From assembly GCA_963804165.1 (NCBI GenBank), contig CAWDPO010000015.1, positions 128,001 to 192,000 on the forward strand: a DNA stretch of 64,000 nt, given 5' to 3'. Of this stretch, positions 1-9,965 are shown in pieces. Made by a program: the position numbers and the translations under genes. The DNA is from an uncultured delta proteobacterium. Its GTDB lineage: Bacteria > Desulfobacterota > Binatia > UBA9968. Positions within the stretch are counted from its first letter, which is position 1; the number at the start of each line of letters is the position of its first letter. The notes beneath the pieces are model-generated. The model did not search any database, was not told where the DNA came from, and saw only the letters and a list, made by a program, of their open reading frames with translations.

Positions 1-138
1 CGAAGCTCGGCTTGAAATATTCGGTCAAAAACCATGGACGGCTGTTAGCTGAGTGGCCATCGATCCGATGATGCTTGGTTCATTAAAGGAACCGAATCTG
101 ACCCGCTTGAACTACCGGTCAACTTGCCGCGGCGAAGG

Positions 139-2052
139 TTATTTGCTCCCCAATGACGATTTCAATTCCAACGCTTGCCAGCGCTCGTAGGATTCCTCGA
201 GTTCGCGCTTCACGGCTTCCAGCCGCTCCATTGATGCAGTTATCTCGTCCCTCGATTTTCGATAAAAGGCGCTGTCATTCAGCCGAGCGTGCAGTTCGGC
301 TTGCTCGGTTTCCAGTACTTCGATCTTGCCCGGTAACGCTTCCAGATCACGCTGTTCCTTGTAGCTTAGTTTGCGCGAAGTCTCGGCACGCTTCGGCGTC
401 GTAGAACCGGTAATTGATGATGTGTTTGGTCCGGCCCGCTGCAGATTGGGAACTTCGGGGATCGAGCGTTGATAGCGCTCCCAGTCCTGGTAGCCACCGG
501 CGTATTCACTGAATCTTCCGTCTCCTTCGAACACCAATGTGCTGGTGACGACGTTATCAAGAAAAGTTCGGTCATGGCTGACGAGCAGCAATGTGCCTTC
601 GTAATCGGCCAGAAGGTCTTCCAGCAACTCCAAAGTGTCGACATCCAAATCGTTGGTCGGCTCGTCGAGCACCATCATATTGGCTGACTGAGTGAAGATC
701 TTGGCGAGCAGTAATCGGTTGCGCTCGCCGCCGGACAACGCTTTGACCGGCGAGTCGATTCGCTGCGGCGGGAAAAGAAAGTCCTTCAAATAGCCGATCA
801 CATGACGCGAATGTCCCCTGACCGTGACGTAATCGGAGTCGCTTATGTTCTCGCGCACTGTCTTTTCGCCATCGAGCAAGCGCCGGTGCTGGTCAAAATA
901 CGCCAGCTGCAGTCGGGTGCCCAAAACGACTTCGCCGCTACTGGGTTTAAGTTCCCCCAGTATCAATTTAAGCAGGGTGCTTTTGCCGGAGCCGTTGGGG
1001 CCGATGATGCCGACACGCTCGCCGCGTAAGATACGCGTCGAAAAATCTCTGACAATCACGTTATCGTCATAGCCGAAATTCACGCGCCTCACGTCGACCA
1101 CCAATTTGCCGGATAGCGCGCCGGCATCAAGGCTGAATCGCGCTTTGCCTTGCGCCTCCAGGCGATCGGCCTTTTCTCGCCGCAGCGTTTGCAGCGCCCT
1201 TACGCGACCTTCATTGCGCGTGCGCCGCGCCTTGATTCCTTGGCGTATCCAAGATTCTTCCTCGGCGAGTTTCTTGTCGACCTTTGCCAAAGCACGTTCC
1301 TCGATATCGAGCAGCTCGTCCTTCTTTTGCAGATAACTATCGAAGTTACCGGGAAAGGACGTCAAGCGGCCGCGATCCAATTCAACGATGCGTGTCGCCA
1401 ATCGGCGCACGAAAGTACGATCGTGGGTGATGAACATCACGCCGCCGTTGTAGTTAAGGAGATATTTCTCCAGCCAAGTGATGGCGTTGATGTCGAGGTG
1501 GTTGGTCGGTTCGTCGAGCAACAAAAGGTCCGGCTCGCTCACCAGCGCGCGCGCCAACATCACTTGCCGGCGGGTGCCACCGGAGCAATCAGCCAGGCGT
1601 TTATCTTCGGGTAAATTCAGGCGGGTTAAAACTGTTTCAACCTTCTGATTGATATTCCAGCCGTTAAGCGTTTCGATGCGCGCTTGGAGCTTGGCCAGCT
1701 CGAGCAGCGACTCGCGCTGCTCCAGGCCATGGCGATGCGTAAGGTTGTGAAATTCCGTGAGCAAAGCCCCAAGCTCGCCGAGCCCGGAAGCAACGACTTC
1801 AAAGATGCTCTGCTCGGTATCCGGCGGCACTTCCTGTTCGAGATGGCCGACGCGCAGCGTCGCCATGCGCCGGACCTGCCCTTCGTCCGGCACGGCCATT
1901 CCGGTGACAACACGAAATAGCGTCGTCTTTCCGGTGCCATTTCGCCCGACGAGACAGACCCGTTCACCCGAAGCGATCTGCAAATCAACGTGGGCAAGTA
2001 AGGGCACATGGCCGTACGCAATGGAGAGATTTTCGAGGCGCAGCAAAGGCAT
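139..2052 (-). CDS. uup: ABC-F family ATPase (Uup)
   Basis: Two ABC cassettes (GRNGTGKT, GPNGSGKS, LDEPTNHLD/LDEPTNDLD), linker WIRQGIKARRTRNEGRVRAL, C-terminal KLSYKEQRDLE coiled coil, no TM segments. Confidence 0.93.
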   Translation of the reverse strand: MPLLRLENLSIAYGHVPLLAHVDLQIASGERVCLVGRNGTGKTTLFRVVTGMAVPDEGQVRRMATLRVGHLEQEVPPDTEQSIFEVVASGLGELGALLTEFHNLTHRHGLEQRESLLELAKLQARIETLNGWNINQKVETVLTRLNLPEDKRLADCSGGTRRQVMLARALVSEPDLLLLDEPTNHLDINAITWLEKYLLNYNGGVMFITHDRTFVRRLATRIVELDRGRLTSFPGNFDSYLQKKDELLDIEERALAKVDKKLAEEESWIRQGIKARRTRNEGRVRALQTLRREKADRLEAQGKARFSLDAGALSGKLVVDVRRVNFGYDDNVIVRDFSTRILRGERVGIIGPNGSGKSTLLKLILGELKPSSGEVVLGTRLQLAYFDQHRRLLDGEKTVRENISDSDYVTVRGHSRHVIGYLKDFLFPPQRIDSPVKALSGGERNRLLLAKIFTQSANMMVLDEPTNDLDVDTLELLEDLLADYEGTLLLVSHDRTFLDNVVTSTLVFEGDGRFSEYAGGYQDWERYQRSIPEVPNLQRAGPNTSSITGSTTPKRAETSRKLSYKEQRDLEALPGKIEVLETEQAELHARLNDSAFYRKSRDEITASMERLEAVKRELEESYERWQALELKSSLGSK

Positions 2053-2128
2053 ATGGATGCATTTCTACTCGATCAACTGACTGCACTCGACGGTCATGGG
2101 AGCGAAGAAAGTCGAGACTAAGGTGCCC

Positions 2129-2428
2129 TTATTTCATCAGAGCGATAGCGAGTGCGAGGACGGCAATTGTTCCGGTAGCGATCAGGGCGAAGATCACGAT
2201 TTGTAGCCGCTTTTGCGCTTTTTCCAGCAGGGCATGAATAATATTCATTTGCACGTCGATGGTGTTATTGAGGGTTGACTGAACTTCCATGGCATTTTCA
2301 ATCGCGTCGAGGCGAGCTTCCGCGCCGTTTGGACGCGATTCGGTGATTCGCTTTCGCAGGTAACTGACCGCCGCCGCACTTTCTAACACGAGCGGTCCGA
2401 GTTTTTGGATAAGTTCTCTCATCGCCAT
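2129..2428 (-). CDS. Hypothetical protein, coiled coil with C-terminal TM helix
   Basis: 99-aa ORF co-oriented with uup; hydrophobic tail IVIFALIATGTIAVLALAIAL. Confidence 0.65.
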   Translation of the reverse strand: MAMRELIQKLGPLVLESAAAVSYLRKRITESRPNGAEARLDAIENAMEVQSTLNNTIDVQMNIIHALLEKAQKRLQIVIFALIATGTIAVLALAIALMK

Positions 2429-2784
2429 GAATTAGCACCGTCCCATAACATCGATATCATACCTGACTTTAAGACAGCGACAAAGCCCAGTGCATCGGAG
2501 TTTTTTGGCTGTTGGACGAAATGCGCCGCTGCAACAAAAAGTTTAGCGGTGGATGAAGGGTCTGGGTTTTATTATAGGAACCGACGGTCTCTGATCCGCA
2601 CGAGCCCCGTAGATGCACGCTCCGGATCGTTCATCTTATTTGAACCAGACGAGGCTGAGAAATTTTCAGATTTCGCCGGAGGATCGAAGAGCAGATCTAG
2701 GATTTCCGAGATCTCCCGCTATTCCCTGCTATGGACGGATGAATAGCGATGACCGTGCGTGGTCGCCCAGCCTTGAGGGCCCAG

Positions 2785-3921
2785 TCAGCCGGTTTGCTTG
2801 CCTAGCTGCTGCATTGGCCGGTCCGGGAGCTCGGCAACCGTGAGGTCCACATGAATCTCTCGTTGATCTCTTTGAACCGTCAGTCGAACTTGCTTCGATA
2901 TCGGTGTACGCGCGATCCATATCGGCAGATCAAGAGCGTCAGTCACCGTCTTACCGTCAAATTCCGTTATGACGTCGCCGAGCTTTATGCCGCTGTGGTC
3001 GGCCGGTCCGCCCTTTATAATGCCGGCGACGAGGGCGCCGCTCGGTTTTTGAAGACCCAACGTATCTGCCAGTGCCGACGTCATTTCCTGGATCGACAAG
3101 CCCGCCCAGCCACGAGTTACTTTTCCCTGGCTCTGGAGCTGTGGCAGGATTTCCTTCACTGAATTAATCGGCGTCGCGAAGCTGATGCCGATACTGCCGC
3201 CGGTGTCACTGACGATGGCCTTGTTCAGCCCGACGACTTGTCCGTTAAGATTGATCAAGGGACCGCCGGAGCTTCCTGGATTGAGAGGCGCGTCGGTTTG
3301 AATGAGACGATCGTACGCTTCACCAATGTGCCGTCCCTTTCCGCTCACGATTCCCGAGCTCACACTGTTGTCCAAACCGAACGGATTTCCGACGGCCATG
3401 ACCCATTCGCCTACTTCAAGACGGTCCGAGTCGCCGAGTCCAATGGTTGGCAAACTCTCTTGTACCGCAATTTTTAACACTGCAACATCCGTCGGCGTAT
3501 CCTTTCCCAGGATCTTGGCCTCGAATTCTCGCTTGTCTCCAAGCTTGACGAAAATCCTCTTGGCGCCTTCAACGACATGTGCGTTGGTCAAAATAATTCC
3601 ATCCGAGCCGATGATAAATCCCGAACCTTGTTGGCGTCGTGGCGCTGGCGCTGCGCGAGGTGGTACGCCAAAAAATTTATCCAGCATTTCATCAGCGGGA
3701 TCATTCTCCTGTGATTGCGCGCCCGGGGGCACAAGGACGGATGGTGCCACCGATGCCGACACGTTGACGACAGCGGGCTGCAGCTGCCGCGCCAGCGTTA
3801 CGAAGTCCGGCCCTCTTTGGGGGGCTGTGCTGGCCATCCGGTCTCTTATGCTCTGGCCGCAGCCAAGCCCGGTCAAAACGATGAGAAGGCAGAATAACAG
3901 ACGCGATATCGTATTACGCAT
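2785..3921 (-). CDS. DegP/HtrA-family serine protease with one PDZ domain (probable lipoprotein)
   Basis: TNAHVV, TDVAVLK, TDAPLNPGSSGGPL catalytic motifs, PDZ domain, N-terminal GLGC lipobox-like segment; start chosen at MRNTISR. Confidence 0.92.
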   Translation of the reverse strand: MRNTISRLLFCLLIVLTGLGCGQSIRDRMASTAPQRGPDFVTLARQLQPAVVNVSASVAPSVLVPPGAQSQENDPADEMLDKFFGVPPRAAPAPRRQQGSGFIIGSDGIILTNAHVVEGAKRIFVKLGDKREFEAKILGKDTPTDVAVLKIAVQESLPTIGLGDSDRLEVGEWVMAVGNPFGLDNSVSSGIVSGKGRHIGEAYDRLIQTDAPLNPGSSGGPLINLNGQVVGLNKAIVSDTGGSIGISFATPINSVKEILPQLQSQGKVTRGWAGLSIQEMTSALADTLGLQKPSGALVAGIIKGGPADHSGIKLGDVITEFDGKTVTDALDLPIWIARTPISKQVRLTVQRDQREIHVDLTVAELPDRPMQQLGKQTG

Positions 3922-4062
3922 ACGAAACCATCCTCCATGCAAACCTTAGCGATCACCAGAGTTCAAACAAATTACACGGCGTGACGCACCGCGATAAAAA
4001 ACGCCGTTCGTCGCGAGACACAAACGATCCCTAGCGTATCCTTGCCTTGATGAAAGTAGCGC

Positions 4063-4078
4063 GCAAGCTCTATGCCAA
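4063..4078 (-). promoter_or_regulatory. Sigma-54 (-24/-12) promoter candidate upstream of the DegP-like gene
   Basis: Minus strand TTGGCATAGAGCTTGC versus consensus TGGCAC-N5-TTGC, exact GG-N10-GC spacing. Confidence 0.65.
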
Positions 4079-4298
4079 AAATACGCTTTCAAAGTTTCGC
4101 CCTAGGAGTGCGATTATTTAGACATTTCGAGATTGTGCACGACGGATGTGCAGGATTTTTCCTGGTTATATGCAGGAATTAACTGAAACATGTTCGTGGT
4201 CTTAGGTTGCGGGTTTGGCCATGAAGTGGCGAGCCGGGTAAGATCGATTCAATACATCTCGATCGAAACACCGTAAAAACTGATTCAGATTCTCCCGG

Positions 4299-4324
4299 TG
4301 AAACCTTTCGAGCATTGGTTCGTC
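4299..4324 (+). promoter_or_regulatory. ECF sigma-type promoter candidate
   Basis: TGAAAC-N16-CGTC, matching the SigM/SigW-type ECF consensus, ending 23 nt before the ATG at 4348. Confidence 0.6.
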
Positions 4325-4347
4325 AAAACAGATAGAAAGGGAAATTT

Positions 4348-4701
4348 ATGAAGACAGGAAAACAAATTATTGCCGGCATTGCGATGCTTGGAGGAATATT
4401 GACTTTCACGACAGCCGCGTCAGCAGACTGGGGCCACCGCGGACGTGAGCTAGGACACGATCGGCGAGAGCTTTCTGCGGCCAGGCGAGAACTAGGCCGT
4501 GATTTACGCCGTGGTGCGGGGCCGGCTGAGATCGCACGTGACCGGGCTGCTATTGCCCGCGAACGAAGGGAAATTTGGCAGGACAGGCGTGACTGGCGTA
4601 ATGATCGGTGGGGATACCGCGATAATTACCGATATCGCGACTGGGGCTGGCGTGATGATGACCACGGTCACCGTCCCGGCTGGTGGCATTGGGGATGGTA
4701 G
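4348..4701 (+). CDS. Secreted small Arg/Asp/Trp-rich hypothetical protein
   Basis: Signal peptide ending in ASA, RRELxxD-like repeats, W-rich C-terminus, RBS-like GAAAGGG. Confidence 0.8.
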   Translation: MKTGKQIIAGIAMLGGILTFTTAASADWGHRGRELGHDRRELSAARRELGRDLRRGAGPAEIARDRAAIARERREIWQDRRDWRNDRWGYRDNYRYRDWGWRDDDHGHRPGWWHWGW

Positions 4702-4815
4702 GATCACCGTTAGTTAGGGCTGATCGAATGACAGCCTCACTCTAGGCTGACTTAATTAACAAGAATTGCCCGTCACTAAAAGTCACTCAGTCCGCCATGT
4801 GCATCCTTCGAACAA

Positions 4816-4848
4816 TCCCGTGCCGCCCCCGAGATGGGCGGCACGGGA
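4816..4848. terminator. GC-rich hairpin, possible terminator
   Basis: Perfect 13-bp stem TCCCGTGCCGCCC/GGGCGGCACGGGA with 7-nt loop; weak U-tract. Confidence 0.5.
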
Positions 4849-5107
4849 ACTTATCACAGTGATCGATCCGGGGGACTTCGGGTCTTCCTAGGCAGCAGCT
4901 CTCGATTGAAGGGCATGACCGGGGACGGGCCACGAATGGAAATCGTTTTCTTCGCTTCGCCTCTTGCCTTTTGCCGGCGATGAGCTCACACTATCGCTAG
5001 GTGGACAATTTTCCCGCGTCGCTCACCTAAGACCAGACAAACGAGTCATTGATAAATTAGCTCTTCGCGCCTGCAAAACAGGTCCACCGAGAGAGGAGTT
5101 AATTACC

Positions 5108-5704
5108 ATGTGGAGCCGGTCTTACCGTAATCACGCCATCATGGCGTTTCCCAGTTACGATACGGTGACGAATTCATGGGCACCGCAGGCCGATATCAGT
5201 TGGCCGACCGGATCTGTCCGAGAGTCGGAATTCGTCCGATTTCCGATACGCGTCATGAGCGAAAGTGAGGCGGTTTCATGCGCTTTGAGCCGAGGTAAGT
5301 CATGGATTGATCGACGTCTCAAGCATGTCGATATCGCCCGACACAACGACCAGGGTCGCCTTTTACAACGAGTCGTAACCCTACGAAATAATTTTGCCGA
5401 AACTAATACAAACCAACCCTCGCAATTTCATGTGACCGATCGCGGTAGCTCGGCAAACGCCTTAACGTTTGATCAATTCAAATCGGCAATTGTCAGGCCT
5501 GGCCTGAAGCTGAGTGAAGAGGCCCTGCGTAAAAGCTATGCCGCGCTAATGAGATTGCGCAAGAAGGGTCATTGTTCTTGGGCCGAAATCAAAGCAAAAC
5601 TGAAGCACTCTCAGGAGTGTCTGACACCCATCGATACGTCCGCTAGAGGTGCCAATAGTGCTCGGCTGCCGCTCACTCAGCGAGACTGGCGGCGCATTGG
5701 CTAA
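5108..5704 (+). CDS. Hypothetical protein
   Basis: ATG at 5108 preceded by GAGAGGAG; 198 aa; no family recognised. Confidence 0.65.
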   Translation: MWSRSYRNHAIMAFPSYDTVTNSWAPQADISWPTGSVRESEFVRFPIRVMSESEAVSCALSRGKSWIDRRLKHVDIARHNDQGRLLQRVVTLRNNFAETNTNQPSQFHVTDRGSSANALTFDQFKSAIVRPGLKLSEEALRKSYAALMRLRKKGHCSWAEIKAKLKHSQECLTPIDTSARGANSARLPLTQRDWRRIG

Positions 5705-5753
5705 ATTGCGGCTGGAGGATTGAACACACTCTTGGGTAAGTCGCGGGCGATAC

Positions 5754-6743
5754 TTAACCCCTGAGAGCAGGTAGAACCTCGTTACCGAGCAGATCGATTT
5801 GCTTCTGCCAATCCGCGTACCGTAGTCTCAAATCATACACAATGTGATCGGCGCCGGACATTTCGTAGGCTTGCGTTTCACGAACGATGTCCGTAGGAGT
5901 TCCAGCGAGCAAAATGCCACGAGCGTTCTCTTCAGGGGAAGAGCTTGCGGACGGCGAGTTTACCCATCTTGTAAAACGTTGAGACTCATCAATTAAGGTT
6001 TGCATGTTGATCCCTCGGAGCGACGTTTCCCGACTCTCGCCAATCGATGTAAGCGGCATGATCGCGGTTTTGAGCATCGGTTTACCCGCACTTCGGCACA
6101 AATCGCGCAGATAGTCGACGCGCCTTGCGAAGGTCGCCAAAGGAATCCGCGCCGGCATCCAGCCGACACCCAAGTCAACTGCGCGGCGGCAAGCTGCCGC
6201 GCTACCGCCGCCGATCCAAATCGGGATGTCGTCGGCGGGCGTGGGTTTGAGGGCGACGTTTTCGAAGCTAAAGTCATCGCTACTGTAAATTACCTTTTCT
6301 CCCGCCCAGAGTCGTCGGCAGATTTCAATGTTGGCCTTCACGAGCTCCACCCGGCCCGCCAGTGCGGTCGGTCGGCCCACTGCGGCAAATTCATGAGCGA
6401 AGCCACCCAAGCCGATGCCAAGAATTACACGACCTTGGGCAATCACGCTCAAGCTGGCGATCAACTGCGCGAGATGAATCGGATGGCGGTGACAGATTGT
6501 CATCGCCGTGCCCAGAGCAATTTTTTGAGTCACTGACGAGACCGCGGACAGTAACAGCAAGCCCTCGATATGAGTGTTATTGTTGCCCTCAATCTCATGG
6601 GGTTTGAACACGAGATGATCCCGTACCCACACAGAGTCGAAGCCATAGGCCTCGGCTTGTCGAGAACCCTCAAGGCACTTTTCTCCCGAGGCATGCTCGC
6701 AAAAATGGGGTAACAACAAACCGAATTTAAGTTGAGTGGCCAT
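5754..6743 (-). CDS. LLM-class (luciferase-like) flavin/F420-dependent oxidoreductase
   Basis: AEAYGFDSVWVRDH, GRVILGIGLG, PIWIGG motifs. Confidence 0.9.
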   Translation of the reverse strand: MATQLKFGLLLPHFCEHASGEKCLEGSRQAEAYGFDSVWVRDHLVFKPHEIEGNNNTHIEGLLLLSAVSSVTQKIALGTAMTICHRHPIHLAQLIASLSVIAQGRVILGIGLGGFAHEFAAVGRPTALAGRVELVKANIEICRRLWAGEKVIYSSDDFSFENVALKPTPADDIPIWIGGGSAAACRRAVDLGVGWMPARIPLATFARRVDYLRDLCRSAGKPMLKTAIMPLTSIGESRETSLRGINMQTLIDESQRFTRWVNSPSASSSPEENARGILLAGTPTDIVRETQAYEMSGADHIVYDLRLRYADWQKQIDLLGNEVLPALRG

Positions 6744-6862
6744 TAAGAGTTTTTGACCGACGTTCCGTGCAGGTTCGAGACGGATAAGATTTTACAGGGG
6801 CGATTGGTCTCTTCACTAAGGCAAGGATCCATTGACGGACGCTCGCTGGACTACCGCAAATG

Positions 6863-7438
6863 CTAGAATTCCAAGGTGTATTCCTTTCCCGCGTCGCCTT
6901 TACAGCGCCCCAGTCCGTGCCCCGTGTAGGAAGAACCGATTAGGAAACATTGCATGGTTGTTCGTTTGTCGCCGCGCAGGCTCGCCATCCAATAAAAGAG
7001 CGGCCCCATGACGACATGCGTCGTTTTGCCCGACGCGATGTTGTAGTTTTCGCCGTAGGCGACATCCGCCAGGGTACTTGAGGTCCCGAGCATTCCGGCA
7101 AAAGCGTTGCCGAACTCGGATACGTCCGGGCCGTCGGCATCGATCGTTCCGCCGCCGAAGGTCTTTTGGTAACTCTCAAAAAAGAATTCTCGCGGCACGG
7201 GCTTGAATGAGCCGACCAACATCTCGCCCGCTGATCCAGCGACCTGAATCAAACCGCTGCCTTCGCGCGCTTGCCGCCATTTTCCATCTAATCTTTCGCC
7301 GTCAAGGGAGTGCATGGAGAGACGATTGACGCAGGAATTGAGACTTATCAGAGCAAAGATTGAGGCGATTAGGTGATAAATACAACGTGTCATCGTTGTC
7401 TGATTAGCCGATGAAAACCAAATGTTATAGCAACGCAC
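6863..7438 (-). CDS. Hypothetical probable lipoprotein
   Basis: Hydrophobic stretch then SLNSC; C-terminal MQC...GHGLGRC; start uncertain. Confidence 0.65.
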   Translation of the reverse strand: MRCYNIWFSSANQTTMTRCIYHLIASIFALISLNSCVNRLSMHSLDGERLDGKWRQAREGSGLIQVAGSAGEMLVGSFKPVPREFFFESYQKTFGGGTIDADGPDVSEFGNAFAGMLGTSSTLADVAYGENYNIASGKTTHVVMGPLFYWMASLRGDKRTTMQCFLIGSSYTGHGLGRCKGDAGKEYTLEF

Positions 7439-7551
7439 GACAATGTCGTCTGCCCGACCGCGTCGATCGCTGAACTTCTACGGGATTTCGACAAATTGAT
7501 TAAATCCACCTGCAAGAAACAACGTTCAACTCGATGCTCCATGATGTGGAA

Positions 7552-8064
7552 TTAGCGGCGGCGCGCGCGCCGGAACCGCGAGCGAACCGTTAGCTCGCGC
7601 ACTTTCTCGACGCTGAGAACTTCACGGACGCGCTGGCCGTCCGCCATCTCATATTCGACGCAAATCGCATCGCCGGTCCACGAAATGGTGAAGGCGTGAG
7701 GCTCCACTCGGTCCAGATGCTTGCCCAGAGTCCGCAATAACTGCGAGACGCGCGATGTTCCTGTGGTCTGTGTCGATAAACGCTTTCGCCGTCTTTTTCG
7801 GCCTTGCGCGTCGAGCCATGAAACATAGGTCACATCATATTTGAGAGAACCATCAGATTGGAGTGCGCGGACGTGTCTACGAGTAGAGGCTGGTGCCTCC
7901 CAAACTTTTTCTGACAGACTTTGTTTTACGTTCAAGTCGGAAATATCCGGAAGTGAATCACTGCGCACGACGTAGCTTCGTCCGTTTTTCTCCATGACGA
8001 AGGCGATCACGCCCAGGGCTTCGAGGGACTGTCCGATCGCTCTTAGTGATTTCGCGTGGGACAT
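7552..8064 (-). CDS. Hypothetical protein with internal two-fold repeat (paralog of 9374..9847)
   Basis: LRAIGQSLE ... LRTLGKHLD repeat units, Arg-rich helix ends. Confidence 0.75.
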   Translation of the reverse strand: MSHAKSLRAIGQSLEALGVIAFVMEKNGRSYVVRSDSLPDISDLNVKQSLSEKVWEAPASTRRHVRALQSDGSLKYDVTYVSWLDAQGRKRRRKRLSTQTTGTSRVSQLLRTLGKHLDRVEPHAFTISWTGDAICVEYEMADGQRVREVLSVEKVRELTVRSRFRRARRR

Positions 8065-8128
8065 TGTCAGTGTTAGTGTTAGAGTTGCGTGATCGTTTGC
8101 CGAGAGCCGGCCATTATAATATTTACTT

Positions 8129-9019
8129 TTACGACTTTTGCTTCCATCGTCGGTGCATCCACACCCATTGCTCGGGTGCCGAGCGAATGATTGATTCCAA
8201 ACGGGCCGTCAGCATGGCGGTAAGCGCCAAGACATCGCTTTCCGTGTTGCCGGTCCGCGCGTAATGGATTCGCTCGATGGTGATTTTGTGGCGCTTGGCG
8301 CGACGGTGGTGCCAGCAAAATAGTATTGGTGCTTCTGTCCGCAGCGCCAGGGCGGCGGGAATGGTCGGTGTAAAAGCAGGACGTCCAAAAAATGGCACAT
8401 AATCGCCCGCGGTCTGAGTGTCTTGATCGATTAGGAATGCCATCAACCGATTGCTGCGCAAGACTCGCAGGATCGCCTTGCCGGTATTATCTCCCCGCCA
8501 AACAATTTCGAGCCCGCGTTGGGTCCGCCACTTGTGCAACCATGCCGTTATGCGGGGATCATAGAATGGCTTGGCAATGGTGGCGATCGGATAGCCCGCG
8601 GATGCGATCGCTTGCCCGAGAATTTCCCAGTTTCCGATATGGCCGGAGATGATCACGCCTCCCCTCCCCTCGGCGAGAACTTCATCGAGCACCCGCCGCG
8701 CATCAGGGTCCAATTCCGGAACCTCATGACGCAAACGAGACAGCTCCCAAATCGATTCGGCGAAGTGAACAAACATTCTGCGGATGATTTTGGGCGCGTC
8801 GAGGTGTGGCATCGTGGAGTGAATCTGAGCTTGAGCGCGCCGCGCATCGCGGCGAAACACATAAGGCGCCACACAGCCGACGAGGCGCAGAACACCGCGA
8901 ATCGGGAAGCGCTCGGCTGCCGACCACCCGCTTCGCATTAAGTAGTAAAGGAACGAGTTTTTTAGGCGCTGGCGCCATCGCCAGCGTGCTGGCACTGCCG
9001 CCGCTTGAGAGTCTTTCAT
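8129..9019 (-). CDS. Lysophospholipid/lipid A acyltransferase (LpxL/HtrB family)
   Basis: SGHIGNWE, FLIDQ, VPFFGRPA, PEQWVWMHRRWK. Confidence 0.92.
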   Translation of the reverse strand: MKDSQAAAVPARWRWRQRLKNSFLYYLMRSGWSAAERFPIRGVLRLVGCVAPYVFRRDARRAQAQIHSTMPHLDAPKIIRRMFVHFAESIWELSRLRHEVPELDPDARRVLDEVLAEGRGGVIISGHIGNWEILGQAIASAGYPIATIAKPFYDPRITAWLHKWRTQRGLEIVWRGDNTGKAILRVLRSNRLMAFLIDQDTQTAGDYVPFFGRPAFTPTIPAALALRTEAPILFCWHHRRAKRHKITIERIHYARTGNTESDVLALTAMLTARLESIIRSAPEQWVWMHRRWKQKS

Positions 9020-9373
9020 GAGATTTCTAAAGTAGTGTGCATTCCTGAATACGCTGGCCAGCCTGCTTTCTCATGGCCAGCGCAGGATCGTCAGTGTGAA
9101 GCCGTCACAACGATGTGGATATCAGAATAAGCTGAAGCGCCCATGCGAGCAATATAACATACCTATCCCTGGGTTTCACTTCTTTAGCCGACGCTGAGCG
9201 TCTATATTTGGTCAAATTTGGGATTTCAAGAAAATAAAACCCGCGTTGCGCCAGGCGTCGCAGCTGGCTACGCATGGCTGATTACTGCACCAAGTTTCTG
9301 ATCCGAACATTTGGCCGATCCGAACTAGTTTTAGTTTGCCTAGGGGGCGATTTTGCGCTAGTAAAATCTGCCT

Positions 9374-9847
9374 ATGGCATCACGGGATGAGTTTTCAAAA
9401 GCTCTGCGGGTCATCGGTCAGATTCTCGAGACACAAGGAATCGATTTGTTTGATTTGAAGTGTTCCGGGGAGCAATTCTATCTTCAGTGTGGGGATCCTG
9501 TGCCGCCGCATTTGAGCCTCGTCGAGATCCGTTATTCCACGGACCAAATCAACGCTCTCGACCAAGCAGCGCGACGTAACCGCCAGCGGTCCATTCCCTT
9601 CGTGAACTTCGACGGGCTGCCGGAAATCTTGCGTGCCATCGGACGCCGGTTTGATGTTTCCAACGGCCGGTTACTCAGCGTTAGCAATTCTGAATCGTCC
9701 ACACCTTTCGAATCGATCAAGATCGAATATCAAATCCGCGGCGGAATACGGCACTCCGAAGAGTTTTTTACCGGCACCTTGCGTGAGCAAGCCATGCGTA
9801 TGTATAAAGAGCGCTCACGACGGGTGGATGGGGCGGTCTTGGAATAA
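9374..9847 (+). CDS. Hypothetical protein with internal two-fold repeat (paralog of 7552..8064)
   Basis: LRVIGQILE ... LRAIGRRFD repeat units. Confidence 0.75.
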   Translation: MASRDEFSKALRVIGQILETQGIDLFDLKCSGEQFYLQCGDPVPPHLSLVEIRYSTDQINALDQAARRNRQRSIPFVNFDGLPEILRAIGRRFDVSNGRLLSVSNSESSTPFESIKIEYQIRGGIRHSEEFFTGTLREQAMRMYKERSRRVDGAVLE

Positions 9848-9965
9848 ACGAATCAAGCGAGCGATCGGGTCGAATCGGCGTGGCAAACTAACTCGCCAGC
9901 GCGCAGGTCTTTAGAGCCTCTCGGTCTACTTGCGGCGCTTGCATCCGCACAAAGAACCCACATTT

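Noticed and set aside
1-138. Possible 3' end of a plus-strand gene
   Set aside because: Too short to determine frame or identity
2405-2843. Short plus-strand ORFs between the 99-aa gene and the DegP-like gene
   Set aside because: No RBS or motif support, and they overlap real genes
4215-4230. Second GG-N10-GC motif on the plus strand
   Set aside because: TGGCCA-N5-TGGC is a weak sigma-54 match; the ECF motif nearer the gene fits better
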